Positions 13,087 to 26,500 of a stretch of DNA of 64,000 nucleotides are shown here, piece by piece. The notes under the pieces are model-generated. The model saw only the letters and a list, made by a program, of their open reading frames with translations. It was not told where the DNA came from and ran no database searches. Each line of letters begins with the position of its first letter. Position 1 is the stretch's first letter. The translations under genes were made by a program, and so were the position numbers. Origin of the DNA: Blasia pusilla (Eukaryota); NCBI GenBank assembly GCA_050084515.1, contig CM114271.1, forward strand, positions 44,330,001-44,394,000, written 5' to 3'.

Positions 13087-14041
13087 AGCGGGCTCACGCT
13101 AGGATAGTTTGCGCTTTGGAGTTAGTGAAACACAAGGGTGACACGCAAGCGTGGCAAGCATTTCAAGTGTTTCAAGTGTTTATGGTTGTGACTAAGGAAA
13201 CCGGAACCAAATGCGAAGTCTTGACTTAAGAGAAGTCAAGTCTCGTGAGGAGATGTGGCCAAGGGGTGAGAACCGGACTTGGGACGCGGCTAGCATTTGG
13301 AGTTTCCAATTGTACTTTTGACCATAACTTAGTCCCAAGAAGCATTAGGGACAAAAAAGGAAGCGTTGGAAAGCTTATGCAAATCCAGTTTCAATGCATT
13401 AAAGATCTTGGAAGAATCTTAAGCAAAATCCAGAATATGGGCAAAAACCAACTGTATGGGAAGTCGGGTTGAAGGCCAAAAAGAGGGGCCCAGGTGGTCT
13501 TCCCCAAAGGTAGGGGGACCCCAAGAATCCTCATAAGTACTAGTAAGGGGGAAGGTCTCCAAGGGTGCTTGGGACTCAAACCCCACTTTGGGCGTTGCGG
13601 GGAGACTTAAGGGCACATAATGGATCGGGAGTTTTGGCATTGGGATTCAAAACCCGAACCAAGTCCAATTGAGTGGATTTTGGAGGTCCTTATTGGATTC
13701 CAACTCGCGACTCATATTGTTGAGTCTTGGTTGGGAACTCATGCAAGGTACATTGGACAGTTATGACCGCTAGGCATATAAACGCGATTTTAGGTGCTCG
13801 GACTAACTAGACAGTGTGTCCCAAGTCTCGAAAGACTTGCCCATGTTGGGAACCTAGGAATGAGGGGAGGTTGAGCTTGATGAGGTGCCGAGTCAAGAAT
13901 GTGGTGGGTTGGAAGCCCTCTTGATCCAATCCAGACTAACGTGAGTGCGTTTGGGTGGAGGTTGGCGATGAGAGCTTGTCCTACTAAACGTATGCTTCCG
14001 CAACACTAAGATCGACGTTCGAGGAGAGTACGCGCACCACA
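13037..14041 (+). mobile_element. Solo LTR, family A (chromovirus LTR)
   Basis: TG...CA ends and a perfect 5-bp TSD ATAGG (13032-13036 / 14042-14046). Colinear with the LTRs at 29302-30322 and 35119-36328. Confidence 0.9.
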
Positions 14042-14687
14042 ATAGGTAGAGAGAGGGAGGGAGAATGTTAAAATAGAATAGAATAGGGTGGTTGTATTAG
14101 AAAACATGTTGTAAATTAAAGTGATTTAAAAAGTTAGCTAGGATAGTTGAAAAAGGATTGGGATTAGGAGAATAAAATAAGATTTAATGAATGGTGATTA
14201 ATGGAAATGGTTTAGGAATAAATAGTAAGTGGGTGTAGATGAGGAAAAAGAAGGAAGGGTTCATTTCCTTCATTCCTACCTCCCCTATATAAACTTGCTC
14301 ATTTTTTGTATACCTCACAATCGCACTCCTCCCATCTTGCCTCCCTCGTCTAATTCCTAGTTCCAAGGAATTATAGTGGAAGATGATAATAGTCCTACTC
14401 TTTTGTGGAAAGTTTTTTTCCCCATAGATAGGTGAACTTGATAAGTGAGAATATGTTTTGTCATTGGATAACCTTGATAATTGAAGGTATCTCAGCTATG
14501 TAGGTTAGCATATTGATCTTTCTTGTTCATAATGAATGTTCCAAGATTAATATTAAAGCATTCGCGGAAAATATTTTGTGTAATTTGCCTACATTTCTCC
14601 AGTTGATATATCAAATTATTGACATAGTAAAATTGTTTCAAATTATCCAAATATATTTTGGGTGAGGTTAATATCTACATGTAGTCA

Positions 14688-17600
14688 TGACCAAAGCCAA
14701 AGAACTCCAACAAATGGTGAAGGAACGTAGGGAAGAAGTACAGATAGAAGGTGGAACATAAAGCAAATGGCAATGTAAGTATTGTTGCTAACTTGCTATA
14801 CTATGAAAACTTATCATAGCACGCAGATGGTGGAGCATTTTACACAAGAGGGACATCGAAAAAGATAATAGATGGGAATCAAAATACCCATTATGCTCAA
14901 TTATGTGTTAAGTTCCTTCCTAATGTATAATGGGATCTCCGAAATAGGGTCCTTGTGTGAAATGGACAAAGATGGGAAGGGAGACCTTTGAGTGAAGTGG
15001 AAGAGATAATGCCATTCCAAAGGGGTTCGCAACATATGAAAAAGATTGTTTATGTTGTGTCGACTATTGATGGAGTTGTAGACATAACATCGAGTGACAA
15101 TCTAGATGAATGTAGAGGAGTAGTTGGGTCGAGTCGGACAACTAGTAGCACCAGAAAGGAACAAGCAGATCCAAGGGATTTTTCAACATCCAAGGAATAG
15201 AAGTTGCAAATGACATGTGAGAAAAGTATTTCTAAAAATATGGAATACCATTCAATGTAGTATGGCAAGATGCTTTCCAGCAACCAATATTGGCAACAAT
15301 AAAGGCAAAGGGTTACTCAGGTCCTTCTTACAATTCGTTGCGCACCACTCTACTTGAGAAACATATAGGAAAGGTGAAGGAAAAGATGTATGGTATATTG
15401 GATAATTTATATTTGGGGGTCACGATCATCAAGAATTCTCGAACCAATGTGAAGAGTGAGTTTTTAGTGAACATCATGGTCTCGTGTCCACAAGGTGAGG
15501 TAATGATCGAGTTGGTAGGAAGCAGGGGGAATTCCAAACCATTAAATGGTTGGTAAGTCACATAGAGAGGACTATAATGCACAAAGGTCCAAAGAATATG
15601 TTGTAAATTGTGACATAAAATGTTAGCAATGAGCGAGCAACAAGGAAATTAATTGAAATAAAGTTTCGTCATATGCATATTCTTGGGGGTGGATGGGTAT
15701 CCCATTGTGATACCCACAATTTTGTACTCTTGAAGAATATATCTTTTTATTCAATGAAGACTCTTGTACATTATGATTTTGATTATGATTATTTATTATT
15801 ATGAGGAAGAATGAGTGAATCACGAAGCTCATGGGACAAGGCAGAGAGATGGAAGATCAAGGATTTGCCTTAGAGGAGAGAAAAACGCAATAACGAAGTC
15901 TCAAGACTCAAAACGAAGCTTAACGAAGCTCAACGAAGATGTACGAAGCTCTGTCTACGAAGTGCTTTGCTACATAACGAAGCATAATGAAGAAAGGAAG
16001 AAAAGAAGAAAGAAGTACTTTGCTCTTGTGCGAAGCGCGAAGCCAGCAAGCACCTGAAATAAGAACGAAGCATGGAGTACTTCGTCCTCATGAAGTCCAA
16101 GAAGCAAAGCTAAGAATGACTGTGATTTCAAGTGACACATGTTAGAACAGTTAGACTAGGAAAGGGCGCGACCCTTTGTATCAAATTGGTAGTTACGACA
16201 GTTTTGTACCGCGGATTCACAAGGATCCTAGGAAAAGCTAAGAGAACCATAGATCTAGGTACTTAGAAATAGTGAAGAGACACTAGCTTCATCAAGAACG
16301 TTTCGAATCTTTGGATCACTTCCACTCCAGCGAATATTTAAGAAGCAAGGCATAAGTCATAATCATCATTCTCTTACGAATTCATTATGCTGTAGGAATG
16401 GTCCGAGCAAGAGAGTAGTACCCTCTCGAGCTTGTACACACTTTGAAGCTTTCTCGTTCTTGATGGAGTAGTAAAGCAATCATTCATTCATTCTGATGTG
16501 CGATGCTTATGTCTGAGTATTCTTTTTGGGTCTGCAGAGTGAAGAGTGAATCAAAGTAACGTTTCTCATCAGTGAAATAATCAACATGAGTTGTAGGAAA
16601 TCTGTTTGACAGAGAGTAGCCTGCCGAGACGGATTGAGTTCCGAAAGTAGGAGAAGCCAACTTTCGTGTTGAGATCTCTGTGAGGTTTCTTGATGTCAAG
16701 AGGAAAATCTACCTGAACATGTTGTCAATTCCACTAGAGAGAATTGAGGAAAGATCCTTTGGTACTAAGAAAGATCAGAAGATATTGATAAAACATTGAA
16801 TATAACTCACACACATTTAAATACAACTATTACAACACAATTGTAATTCCGAACTCTCTTTTCATCAAACAATGATCCTCTTGGGGATCAAACTTATTAA
16901 AACGACTATAAAATAGAAACTCTTGTACATTACACCCATTCTCTTGATCTGATATGCAAAGACTGGGGTAAGTGGCCTTGGGTAGACACAATTTTTGCAT
17001 AAACTCGTGAGATGGTGGTATTTGTGAAGACAAGAACTTGTTGATGGCCAAATTTATAGAAACCAACCCACTAAAGAGACAATTGTTGCTTCTTGCAAAT
17101 GCACCCTTTACAACAAACTTTATAATGTTGGGATGTGTCTTAGAAATGAGGGAGGCGTTCCATGCTGCCACAAATGCTTTTAGGGAGTTTTCAATGGGAG
17201 GGATGCAAGGCAAAGGAATAAGGCATGAGAGATTGAGACTATTGTGGCCAATCCGGATTTTAGGATAGAAGGTGAAGAATTGTTTGCTCTAGCTTTGCCA
17301 AATATTTTCCTTTTAAAGAGTGTGATGGTTATAAACCAATGACGAAGCATATTTATCACCGTATATTTGAGATAATAAAAGATCCAGACATGTTCTTTTC
17401 TTGTAACTCCAAAGCCCCGCATGGATGGAAAGCGTCGCAGTTTTTTGTGAGAATGTCGAGAGTTATGGGAAATGGTTCATGTTATTTCTAGGCAATGGGC
17501 ACTTGTCCACAATCAATTATGTATAGTAGGCTACATTCTCGCCCCTTAGAATCTTCTTGATAATATCCAAGACGTCACTTCAAATAATGAGTGCATGAGA

Positions 17601-18060
17601 GATTTCAAAGAATATTTGAAAGTCCATACAAAGGGGATATATGGCCGTAATTTCACCGAGCCTAATTCTTATGTAGGTAGTTTTTTGGCGAGAGTTTGAC
17701 AATATTTTGAACCATTAGGAACTATTGGTGGATGAATTTGGTAGGGAATTCATCGATTCACTTAGGCCCTCTGAATTTTGGAGCATGCACAATCAAGGTG
17801 CCCCAACATTGCGCTCTATAATTGGCTAAGTCTATGTTATCACAAGTAGTCTCTTCCTCTTCAGCGGAGAGAAATTGGAGTAGTTATGATTTTATCCACA
17901 ATAAACACATGAATGAATTGAGTAACAAGTGTGCCAAGGATTTGGTGTTCATCTACAAAAACTCAAGCTTTGGAGACGAGGGAGTTTTGCGGAAATCAAG
18001 ACAAGCATTTTTGTACAAGCAATACTTCTTCAAAAGGGATGGTTAAGAACAAGCTAGAAG
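14688..18060 (+). pseudogene. Degenerate hAT-superfamily transposase
   Basis: BED-finger remnant KWQCKYC (~14765). GYSGPSYNSLRTTLL, SHSLDLICKDWGK (split by a solo LTR) and LLLANAPFTTNF. C-terminal dimerisation motif SQVVSSSSAERNWSSYDFIH...AKDLVFIY. Many stops and frameshifts; TIRs not found. Confidence 0.85.
15706..16934. mobile_element. Solo LTR, family C, inserted in the hAT transposase
   Basis: TGTGAT...ATTACA termini and a perfect TSD CCCAT (15701-15705 / 16935-16939). Excision restores the hAT reading GWVSHSLDL. Confidence 0.85.
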
Positions 18061-18899
18061 GATTGTGGAAGATGGTGGTGAGCCTAGCTTACATGCAAGA
18101 ACCATGATGGTAATTATGAAGATAACCCTGACTTGCAAGATTAGGACCTATAGGATATAGATGTGATATGTGGAATATATGGCACGGAAGGGAGGCAAGA
18201 TACCCAAATAGGTGACACAAAAAACTTTGACTTAGAGGGGCCTATATGTTGTGGGAGCCTTAGCCCTCATGGAAGAGCCAAAGATGATTATGTAATGGAA
18301 AAATGGATTCGAGAGCACAAGGAAGAGCAACAATAGAGGACTTCAACATAAGAGAATACAAGTAGCATTTCTACTAATGTTACCAACAATCCTCGTATTG
18401 TCGCACCCATGGGAATTAAGAATTATTCCACCAAGTCTAGTGAACTACGAAGGGATTCTCCTCCAAAATCTTTGAATGTTGAAAGAGTGGACTCATTCAA
18501 TAAGCCTGATGATGATGAGGTTCTCCTATCTGTAGTTCCAAACTCTCAACTTATCAATAATGGCATGGATAGTTCACACTTTTCCTCCAATGATGAAACA
18601 ATTGCAATAGGAAATCTTCGCCAATCCATCCGACTTAGAACTCTTGAGCTACCCAATTACCGCCGACATCTAAATCCACCAGACCCAACCATATACCTAG
18701 AGTAGTAGTGTGATTGGTGATGTTAGTGAAATGGATTAGTAAATAGTTATAGTAAACTTGTTTTTTAAGGAGTATTCTAAGTAAGCCAATTTGTAGATAT
18801 TCCTTTTTGTAACATTCTTGATAATAAAGCAATATTTTATTAAAGCTCAAATTGAAAAGTACGATTTTTAGAAAAGAATATTTTTTTGCCCTTTTAGTT

Positions 18900-21010
18900 T
18901 CCAAAATAATTTACACGGAAGTTATCATCACTTTCCAAAATACCAAGAGAGAGAAAGTTTCATGTGAAGATATTATTTGTGGGAAAAGAATTGAAGATAA
19001 GAAATGGATACACCCTCTTTCCTTGCAAGGTTTTACCATCTGGGTCAAAAATCCACTTATCCATTTTTGGGCTTTTGGTGTCACCTCCAATTTCATTGAA
19101 ATCTTGCACAAAGCTTAGATACACTTTGATGATGAAGTGGCCCAGATTCACGATCAAGATCACAAACTCGAATAAGATTAAAAATGGATAGATCTCTTTC
19201 CTTGGAAGGAATAGTCGTGCTCATAAGTGAATTTTCATTGAAAATTTGCAAGAATCTTAGATAGACTTGGATGATCAAGTGTCCCAACTTTTAAGTCAAG
19301 ATCACATACTTCAATGAGATGAAAAATAGACACATCCTCTTTTCCTAGAGGGTTTAATGTTAAGGGTCCAAAAACCACTTATCCATTTTTTTTGTATCTA
19401 CTTACAACTCCATTTTCATGAACCATAGATACGCTTGTGTGATCAAGTGTCCCAAAATTCAAATCAAGATCATATATTTGAACAAGATAAAAAAATGGAC
19501 AAACCCCTCTCCGTTAGAAGGTTAAATTTTGCGGGTCAAAAGACACTTATCTATTTCTAGCCTTCTAGTCACCAGTCTATTTTCATTGAAATTTTAAAAA
19601 AAAGCTTAGATGCACTTGCATGACAAAGTGTCCCAAATTTCAGATCAAGATCACCTATTTGGAAAAATTGAGAAATGGACAACCCTTCTTTTGTTGGTAG
19701 GTTAAACTGCAAAGTGGGCTTTTGATCACCACATTTTTTTAAATTTTTTTTAGGAAGCTTACATAACCTTAGATGATGAAGTGTGAAAAATTTTAGATTA
19801 ATATTACACACTTATTAAGACAAAAAATGGATAGATATTCTTTCCTTACAAGATTTAATTCACATGATTCAAAAATTCTTATCCATTTGTTGGGTTTTGG
19901 TCAAGTCTCCATTTTCATTGCAATTTTGTATGTAGCTTAGATAGATTTGAAGAATAAGTAGCCCAAATTTCAGATGAAGACCATAAAGTTGAACATGATA
20001 CACTTTATATACACCCTCTTTCCTTAGACAATTTTAGCACACGGATCCCAAAACACACTAATCTAAGTTTTAGCTCATGGTTATAATTCCCTTTTCCTTG
20101 AAACTTTGTAAGTATCTTAGACATACTTGGATGATAAGGTGGCCAAAATTTCAAATGATTTTGACCTATAATAACTCAATGAGAAATGTACACCTCCTTC
20201 AATACTAGATACATATGATGGATTGAGTGCCCCAAATTTCAGGTCAAGATGAAATCTAGAAACAAGGTTGAAAATGGAAAGATCCTCTTTTGCTAGAAGG
20301 TTTAATAGGGAGGGTCGAAAAACCACCTAAATATTTGTGGGCTTTTCGTCACGACTCCATTTTCCTTGAAACTTTGTAGGAAGTCTATATACACCTAAAA
20401 TGATCAAGATGAATATATTCCTAGAACAAAATGAAAATGGAAGACCCTATTTTTTTGGAAGGTTTAATTGGGAGGATAAAAAAATACATAAATATTTGTG
20501 GGCTTTTGGTGAGAACTCTTTTTCCCTCAAACTTTTGTAGAAATCCTTAATATACCTTAAGGATCAAGGGTCCCAAATTTCAGGTCAAGATGAAATCCTT
20601 GAACAAGATGCAAAATAAAAAGACCTTTTGCTAGAAAATCAAATCGTGACCTGTCTAGAACCCATCTAAATATTGTTGGGCTTTCTGCAACAACTCAATT
20701 TTCTTTGAAACTTTGCATGAATTTTAAATTCACTTTAAGAATTACGTGTCCCAAATTTCAAGTGAAGATGAAATCCTTGAACAAGTCAAAAAAAAGGAAA
20801 AAAAACTTTCTTTTGCAAGATGGTCTAATTGCACGGGTCCAAGAACCATCTAAATATTTTTGGGCTTTTGGCCACAACTACTTTTTCCATGAAACTTTGC
20901 AAGAAGTCCACATTAACCTTAAGCATCAAATTTCTCAAATCTCATGTGAAGATGAAATCTCTGAACAAAAGGAAAAATAGAAAGATCTTCTTTTGCTAGA
21001 AGGTCTAATC
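18900..21010. repeat. Degenerate tandem array, monomer roughly 150-185 bp
   Basis: A motif like gtcccaaatttcaggtcaagat...aaaatggata..ccctct...agaaggttta recurs at about 19140, 19280, 19450, 19630, 19780, 19960, 20140, 20570, 20750 and 20930. Confidence 0.75.
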
Positions 21011-21011
21011 G

Positions 21012-21551
21012 TGTCGTAACCCTCATAACCAAAGGAGTGCCAAGCAGAACATCCGAACTCTAGCAGGCTTACACTATGATGATTTGCGTGTTGGAGTGGT
21101 CTCTTGAAAGAAACACAAGAGATGAAATGCGAATAATGTTGAGTGTTTCATACGTTTATGGTCGCGACTATGAAACCTAGACCAAACATGAACCAAAACT
21201 TGAGAGGAGTCGAGTCTAGGAAGGTTGGTTGCCAGAGAGTTGAGAACCAAATTTCAAATGGGATTAGCGTTTGGGGTTTTGAATGTATTTTAAAGCATAA
21301 TTTTTACTCCCGAGATGCGTTTGGAACAAATAAGGCGATATTAGAAAGCTTATGCAAGGCAGTTCCAATGCACCAAAGATCTTAGCAAACGCACAAGAAG
21401 AGGTTGAGATATTGGTTGAAAATGATTATAAGGGAAGTCGGATTGGGGGCCAAAAAGAGGGGCCCGAGAGTCTCTTTCCAAAAGTTAGGGGGAGGGCCGG
21501 AATCCCTAAAAGAACTAGTAAGGGGGAAGGTCTCCAAGAGTGCTTAGGACT
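21012..21551 (+). mobile_element. 3'-truncated LTR fragment, family A
   Basis: Begins TGTCGTAACCCTCATAACC, follows the family-A LTR for ~540 bp, then breaks off into Helitron sequence. Confidence 0.8.
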
Positions 21552-23547
21552 TGTAGGAAAGACACTGTCTGACTTCCCAAACATGCCCCAAGCTAGTTAT
21601 GAAAGCCCTCATTCACACTCATATTTGGAGGAACAAGAGAAATTATATGATACATAAGAATTATTTGAGCAAGTGCAATTAGAAGAAGTGTGTCTTAACG
21701 AAGGACAACACATTATTTACGACGTTATACATGATGAGCTTGATCAAATATACTTGAATGCTCCAATGTCATGTCGAGAGTTTTTCTTTGAGTAAGGGCA
21801 TACCTTCTAGTTGCGGTAGACGTTGATACAAGTTGAACTCTCTAAGAAGCTCTCTTTTTCATTACCAAATTATTATATATACTCTCCATTCTCTCTCGAT
21901 AGATATCACAAATGGTAGTGCCGAGACAATCACTTATTCATAACATCTAAGTTCAAAATTCCTAACTATAAAGTCCCTCTAAACTATTTTATGCTTGTAC
22001 ACAAGAAAAATGGCACAAATAATGTTAAAACCTACTCGAGCGCCCTATTATCATCCATGGATCAATATATAACGACATACAAAGTACAATCCCATGTCCT
22101 TCCATACGTGACAATAGGAAGAATCATCGAAGTTGGAGATTGCATGACCTGGTTCATGAATGCCTCCCCAGTGTAATAACTAGATAGCGAGTAAACCAGT
22201 ACTTATCTACAAAGAGAACCTTCACGTGGTATGGATTGAGCAAAGGAAAATCAGGTACGATTCCTACTCCATCCCTATCCATAGTTGATGGACATGCTCT
22301 ATTCTCCTCAAGAATGGGTTTTGGCGGAGTTGTTCTCCCAAGAGGGGTAATCCACTCTCATTGGGAAAATAACAAACCAAAAATATCTACTATCCCTAGC
22401 ATGAAAAAACTTCCCTAAAATTATGAGTCTCTCCAAATACTCATCTCCACACATATCAGACTATAGAAAATTCTCGAAGAATAGATCCTCGTCAAGTTGC
22501 TCTCCCAAGAGGGATAATCCATTCTCATTGGAAGAGCAAGCAAGCAAACCCAATACAATCCATTCAAGAATGATACAAGAAACTCAAGAAATGAAGTAGA
22601 AGGTGAACAACCCTTGAAGGTTCCTCTTCTTTCTATACTCACAAGGGATCCATAAGAGTAAAAAATAGATCTAATCTTATCTTGTGCCACATAGCTTCCT
22701 CTCAAGGCTTAGTTAATCCCATTTTGACATAAGTAGATTATATGTTATCTCCTTCAAAATATCCTCATCAACTCATTTCATATCCTGCAGACTATCCCAA
22801 CTATCCTAGCTATCAACCAAGACTACTTTCGCTTTTCTTTCATTAGTACACCAATCCCACTATTTTACTTTTATATTCCTATTTCTCATTTATTTCCTCT
22901 TTTTCTAAAGTTGAGCCCGTACAAATGAGGTACCATAAAGAGGTTTAAATATGAGAATTCTATTTTTCTAAGCTAATTTACTAAATACTTATAAAATTAT
23001 GGTGCGCCCATTCTTCTTGAACGTCAATCTTTGAGTTGCGGAAGCGTACGTTCAATAGGACACGCTCTCATCGCCAACCTGCATCCAAACGTACTCACAT
23101 TAGTCTGGTTTGGATCAAGCGGTCCTCCAACCCATAGAGTCCTCAACTCGACATCTCATCAAACTCAACCTTCCCTCATTCCTAGGTTCCCAACACGAGC
23201 AAATCTCCTGAGACTTGGGACAAAGTTTTTGGTTAGTCAAGGCACCTAAAACGCAGTTTGTGCGCCTAACGTTCCCAACTGTCCGATGGACCTCGCATAA
23301 GCCTCCAATTGAGACCCAAAAATATAAGTCGTGAGTTTGAATCCAATAGGGATCTCCGAAATCCACTATATTGGACTTGGTTTGGGTTTTGAATCCCAAC
23401 GCCAAAACTCCCGATCCATTCCGTGCCCTTGAGTCGCCCCGGCGCTCAAAGTGGGGTTCGAGTTCTAAGAACCCTTGGAGATCTTCCCCCTTACTAGTAC
23501 TTTTGGGGATCCCCGGGATTCCCCTACCTTTGGGAAAGGGCACTCGG

Positions 23548-26500
23548 TGTTTTGTTGAGATCTTTCATACGAGTAAGGTAGGACCTTCTAGCTGCGGTAA
23601 ACGTGGTTGATGCAAGATGAACTCTATAAGAAGTTCCCCTTTTTTAGTACATAACTATTATATAAACCCTCCATTCTCTCACGACTAGAATCACGAATGG
23701 TAGTGTCGAGGTGGTCACTTCTTCATAGCATCGAACAAAAAAATTCCTAAGTATGAAGTCCTTGTAAACTACTTTACGCTTGTACACAAGAAAAATAGCA
23801 CAACTAGTGTTAAACCCTATCCGAGCTAGCTTATTAACATTCATGGATTGCTATATAAGAAAATACAACCAACAATCCCATGTCCTCCCATGTGTAAAAA
23901 ATATTGAGCTACAGAATTTGTTGCTCCTTGAGGTAATGTGCACATTCTTACAAGTCCAAGTGGAGTGCACATAATGGTAATATCTCTATTCTCCATAGCT
24001 AATTGGAATTGATCATATCTTGAGTGCAAATCTCCTATTGAATAGATAGCATGGGCTGCAAAAGCTTCTACAACTTCATCTATTCTAGGTCTCGCTCCCA
24101 TATTTTGAATGGTTATCTTATTTTTCGGTCGCATATCTTAAAAGAACCAGAGAGCTCCTAATTTCTTCGACATAGTGAACCATTGATTCGAGTAAGGCCC
24201 CATAGATGGCTCTAAGATAAAAATTTGCATCTTCTCCTTCGATAACTCAATCAGCTTGGGAATCATAGCTCGTGGTATTGGTATGGGTTTAAAATCCCAA
24301 GGCACATGTGGAATTGTGAAAATTACCATCGGTGCCACCACAATCATGTCTACACAACCAATTTCTTGTGTAGTAAGAGAGAAGGCCTTACTATATCTTC
24401 TTAACATCTCCCGAAAGAAATTTCTTTCTATTTCAATAAGAAACTCACCCCCTCCAATTTACAGACGATCTAGCGTCAATTCCGTGAACTTGTGTCTTAT
24501 GTTCCTTACATCTCATAGAGTTGGCTCCATTGATGCGCATTCTGCTTGTTTCCCACAACCCTCTAGTTGTCGAGTAGCCATTGGTTTCACCTTCCTAGCC
24601 ATATTCTTGTACTTTGTGTGCACTCGTGCCTCCATAGGATGTTCTTCAGCCTCAAACTCGTGCACATCCTCTTCCTTCAAAGATTGATATCCCTCCTCTC
24701 CTTCCATGAACCTTGCTACTTCTTCATGAAACTCACGTGAGTGAATTACCAAATGAATTGGTGCTTATTTGGGTAAACACCTCCTCTAGACTATCTCCAA
24801 AACCCTCTTCTTCATACATCCCACTAATGAACTCTTCATCTAATAAAACATCCTTAAATTTTAACAAACCTTTTTTTTCTTCTTCATAAATCCTCTTTTC
24901 TTCTCATTTATTTCTTTCATCACTTGGAATCCACTAGACCACGAAGAAAAACATTGAAAAAACCCACACCTAAACATATATGATTCTTCCCCCTTTGCTA
25001 GCGTAAAACTCTTTCTTTCTTTCTTTCCTTCCTGCTCTATAGGAGTGCTAATTAGAAATCCAAAACTCTTTCTCTACCTTCATAGGATCATCTCTCAACT
25101 TCTCCCTATTCCATTCATGACCTCCTCGTACAATAAGGAATTGAACTGATCTCGCTCCATCATTATTCATGACTTCTAATACGGGCATAATGAGACATAT
25201 CATCCATTACTTTGGTCTCCATTCTAGATGTTGTGATATTAGGTTGCCCAAGAATCACAAGATAAGAAACTCCATTCTGAACAAAGAAATTTTGCTCAAT
25301 CAACATATCTGTGAAACAAATTTTGACGATTAGACAAGCACCGTAGAGTTCACCTTTTTTATTGTTGGTTGCACGTAGTATCCATCCATGCCCTATATCG
25401 ATTGGCCACATCCCTTTCATGTATACGCTTTGCGACATGATGTTGATTTTCGAACCATCATCAACAAGAGCCAAAATTGACTCTTGGAGAGAGCCAAGTT
25501 GAAATCTTGCCTTCGTAGTTGCACGCGCCCAGTAGGATTAAGAATAAGGATCGAGAAATTATATTGATTCAATTTTTGCTACAAATACAATATGTGCTTC
25601 TATTTGTATTGCAAAGGTATCAAAATCTAATGTCGTAGTGATAACTCCTACTTGACCTCTTACTAAGCTCTTTATTCCTCCTCTACCAAAGTTCCTATTC
25701 AATGGCATATCACTCTGCGTTGAATGAATCTTCCCATCTTTGAAGTTTACAATTCCATTCCTCAAAAATTTTAGAACTCCTCATATTCTGGACGTTGATG
25801 CTCAACACTATCACACCATATACATTTTCTCACAAAGCTCCTACTTGTCGAACGAGCACCAACACTAGGATTCTTATTAAGTTTAAGCTCAACCATTTCT
25901 ACTCTCAACTCTCTCAAACCTTTCACCAACTCATTAATGGCTGAATCTTCAAGCTTTTCTGACACGGGCTTAGGCAATGGATTTGAAACTGATATCTCCG
26001 ACTTGAATAGTGCGGTTCTACCTCTACTTCAACTTTATTTTGTGAGGATAGCAACAACTTCTTCCACTTTCTTCCAATTAATGCTCATACGTCCTTCTTT
26101 GGTCTTGTCCGCCAACATTATGAAAAGCTTATCCTCCAAATTCTCATCCGCCGCCTCAAGGAATAGCTCGATTTCACTCAAGTCTATAGTTGCCCTTTCG
26201 AAAGAAGAAAACTGAAAAACCGCTTCTCAAACTCACGCAATAATTCATTCGGAGTTATTCCTTTCCATGTACGTTGCTCTATCCATTCTAGAAAAATCCT
26301 CTAGTCTAGATCGGATGTGGATTGGATGACTCCAAGTCTAGAATCACCCAATCCATATCATGATCGAAGAATTCTCCTTTCACCAATTGCTCATACTCCT
26401 CCCATGAGGTTGGATTTTCTACTCTCAACTTTTATACTTGACAACGAATCTTTGGTATTACAGCTAACTCAAAACTTGATACCATATCACCTTCGGGTAT

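Noticed and set aside
15760-16932. 14-bp direct repeat actcttgtacatta as a possible long TSD
   Set aside because: Both copies lie inside the solo LTR, which is better defined by TG..CA ends and the CCCAT TSD.
18900-21010. CRISPR-like repeat-spacer array
   Set aside because: Whole monomers are homologous and degenerate, with no identical short repeats, unique spacers or cas genes, in a eukaryotic context.
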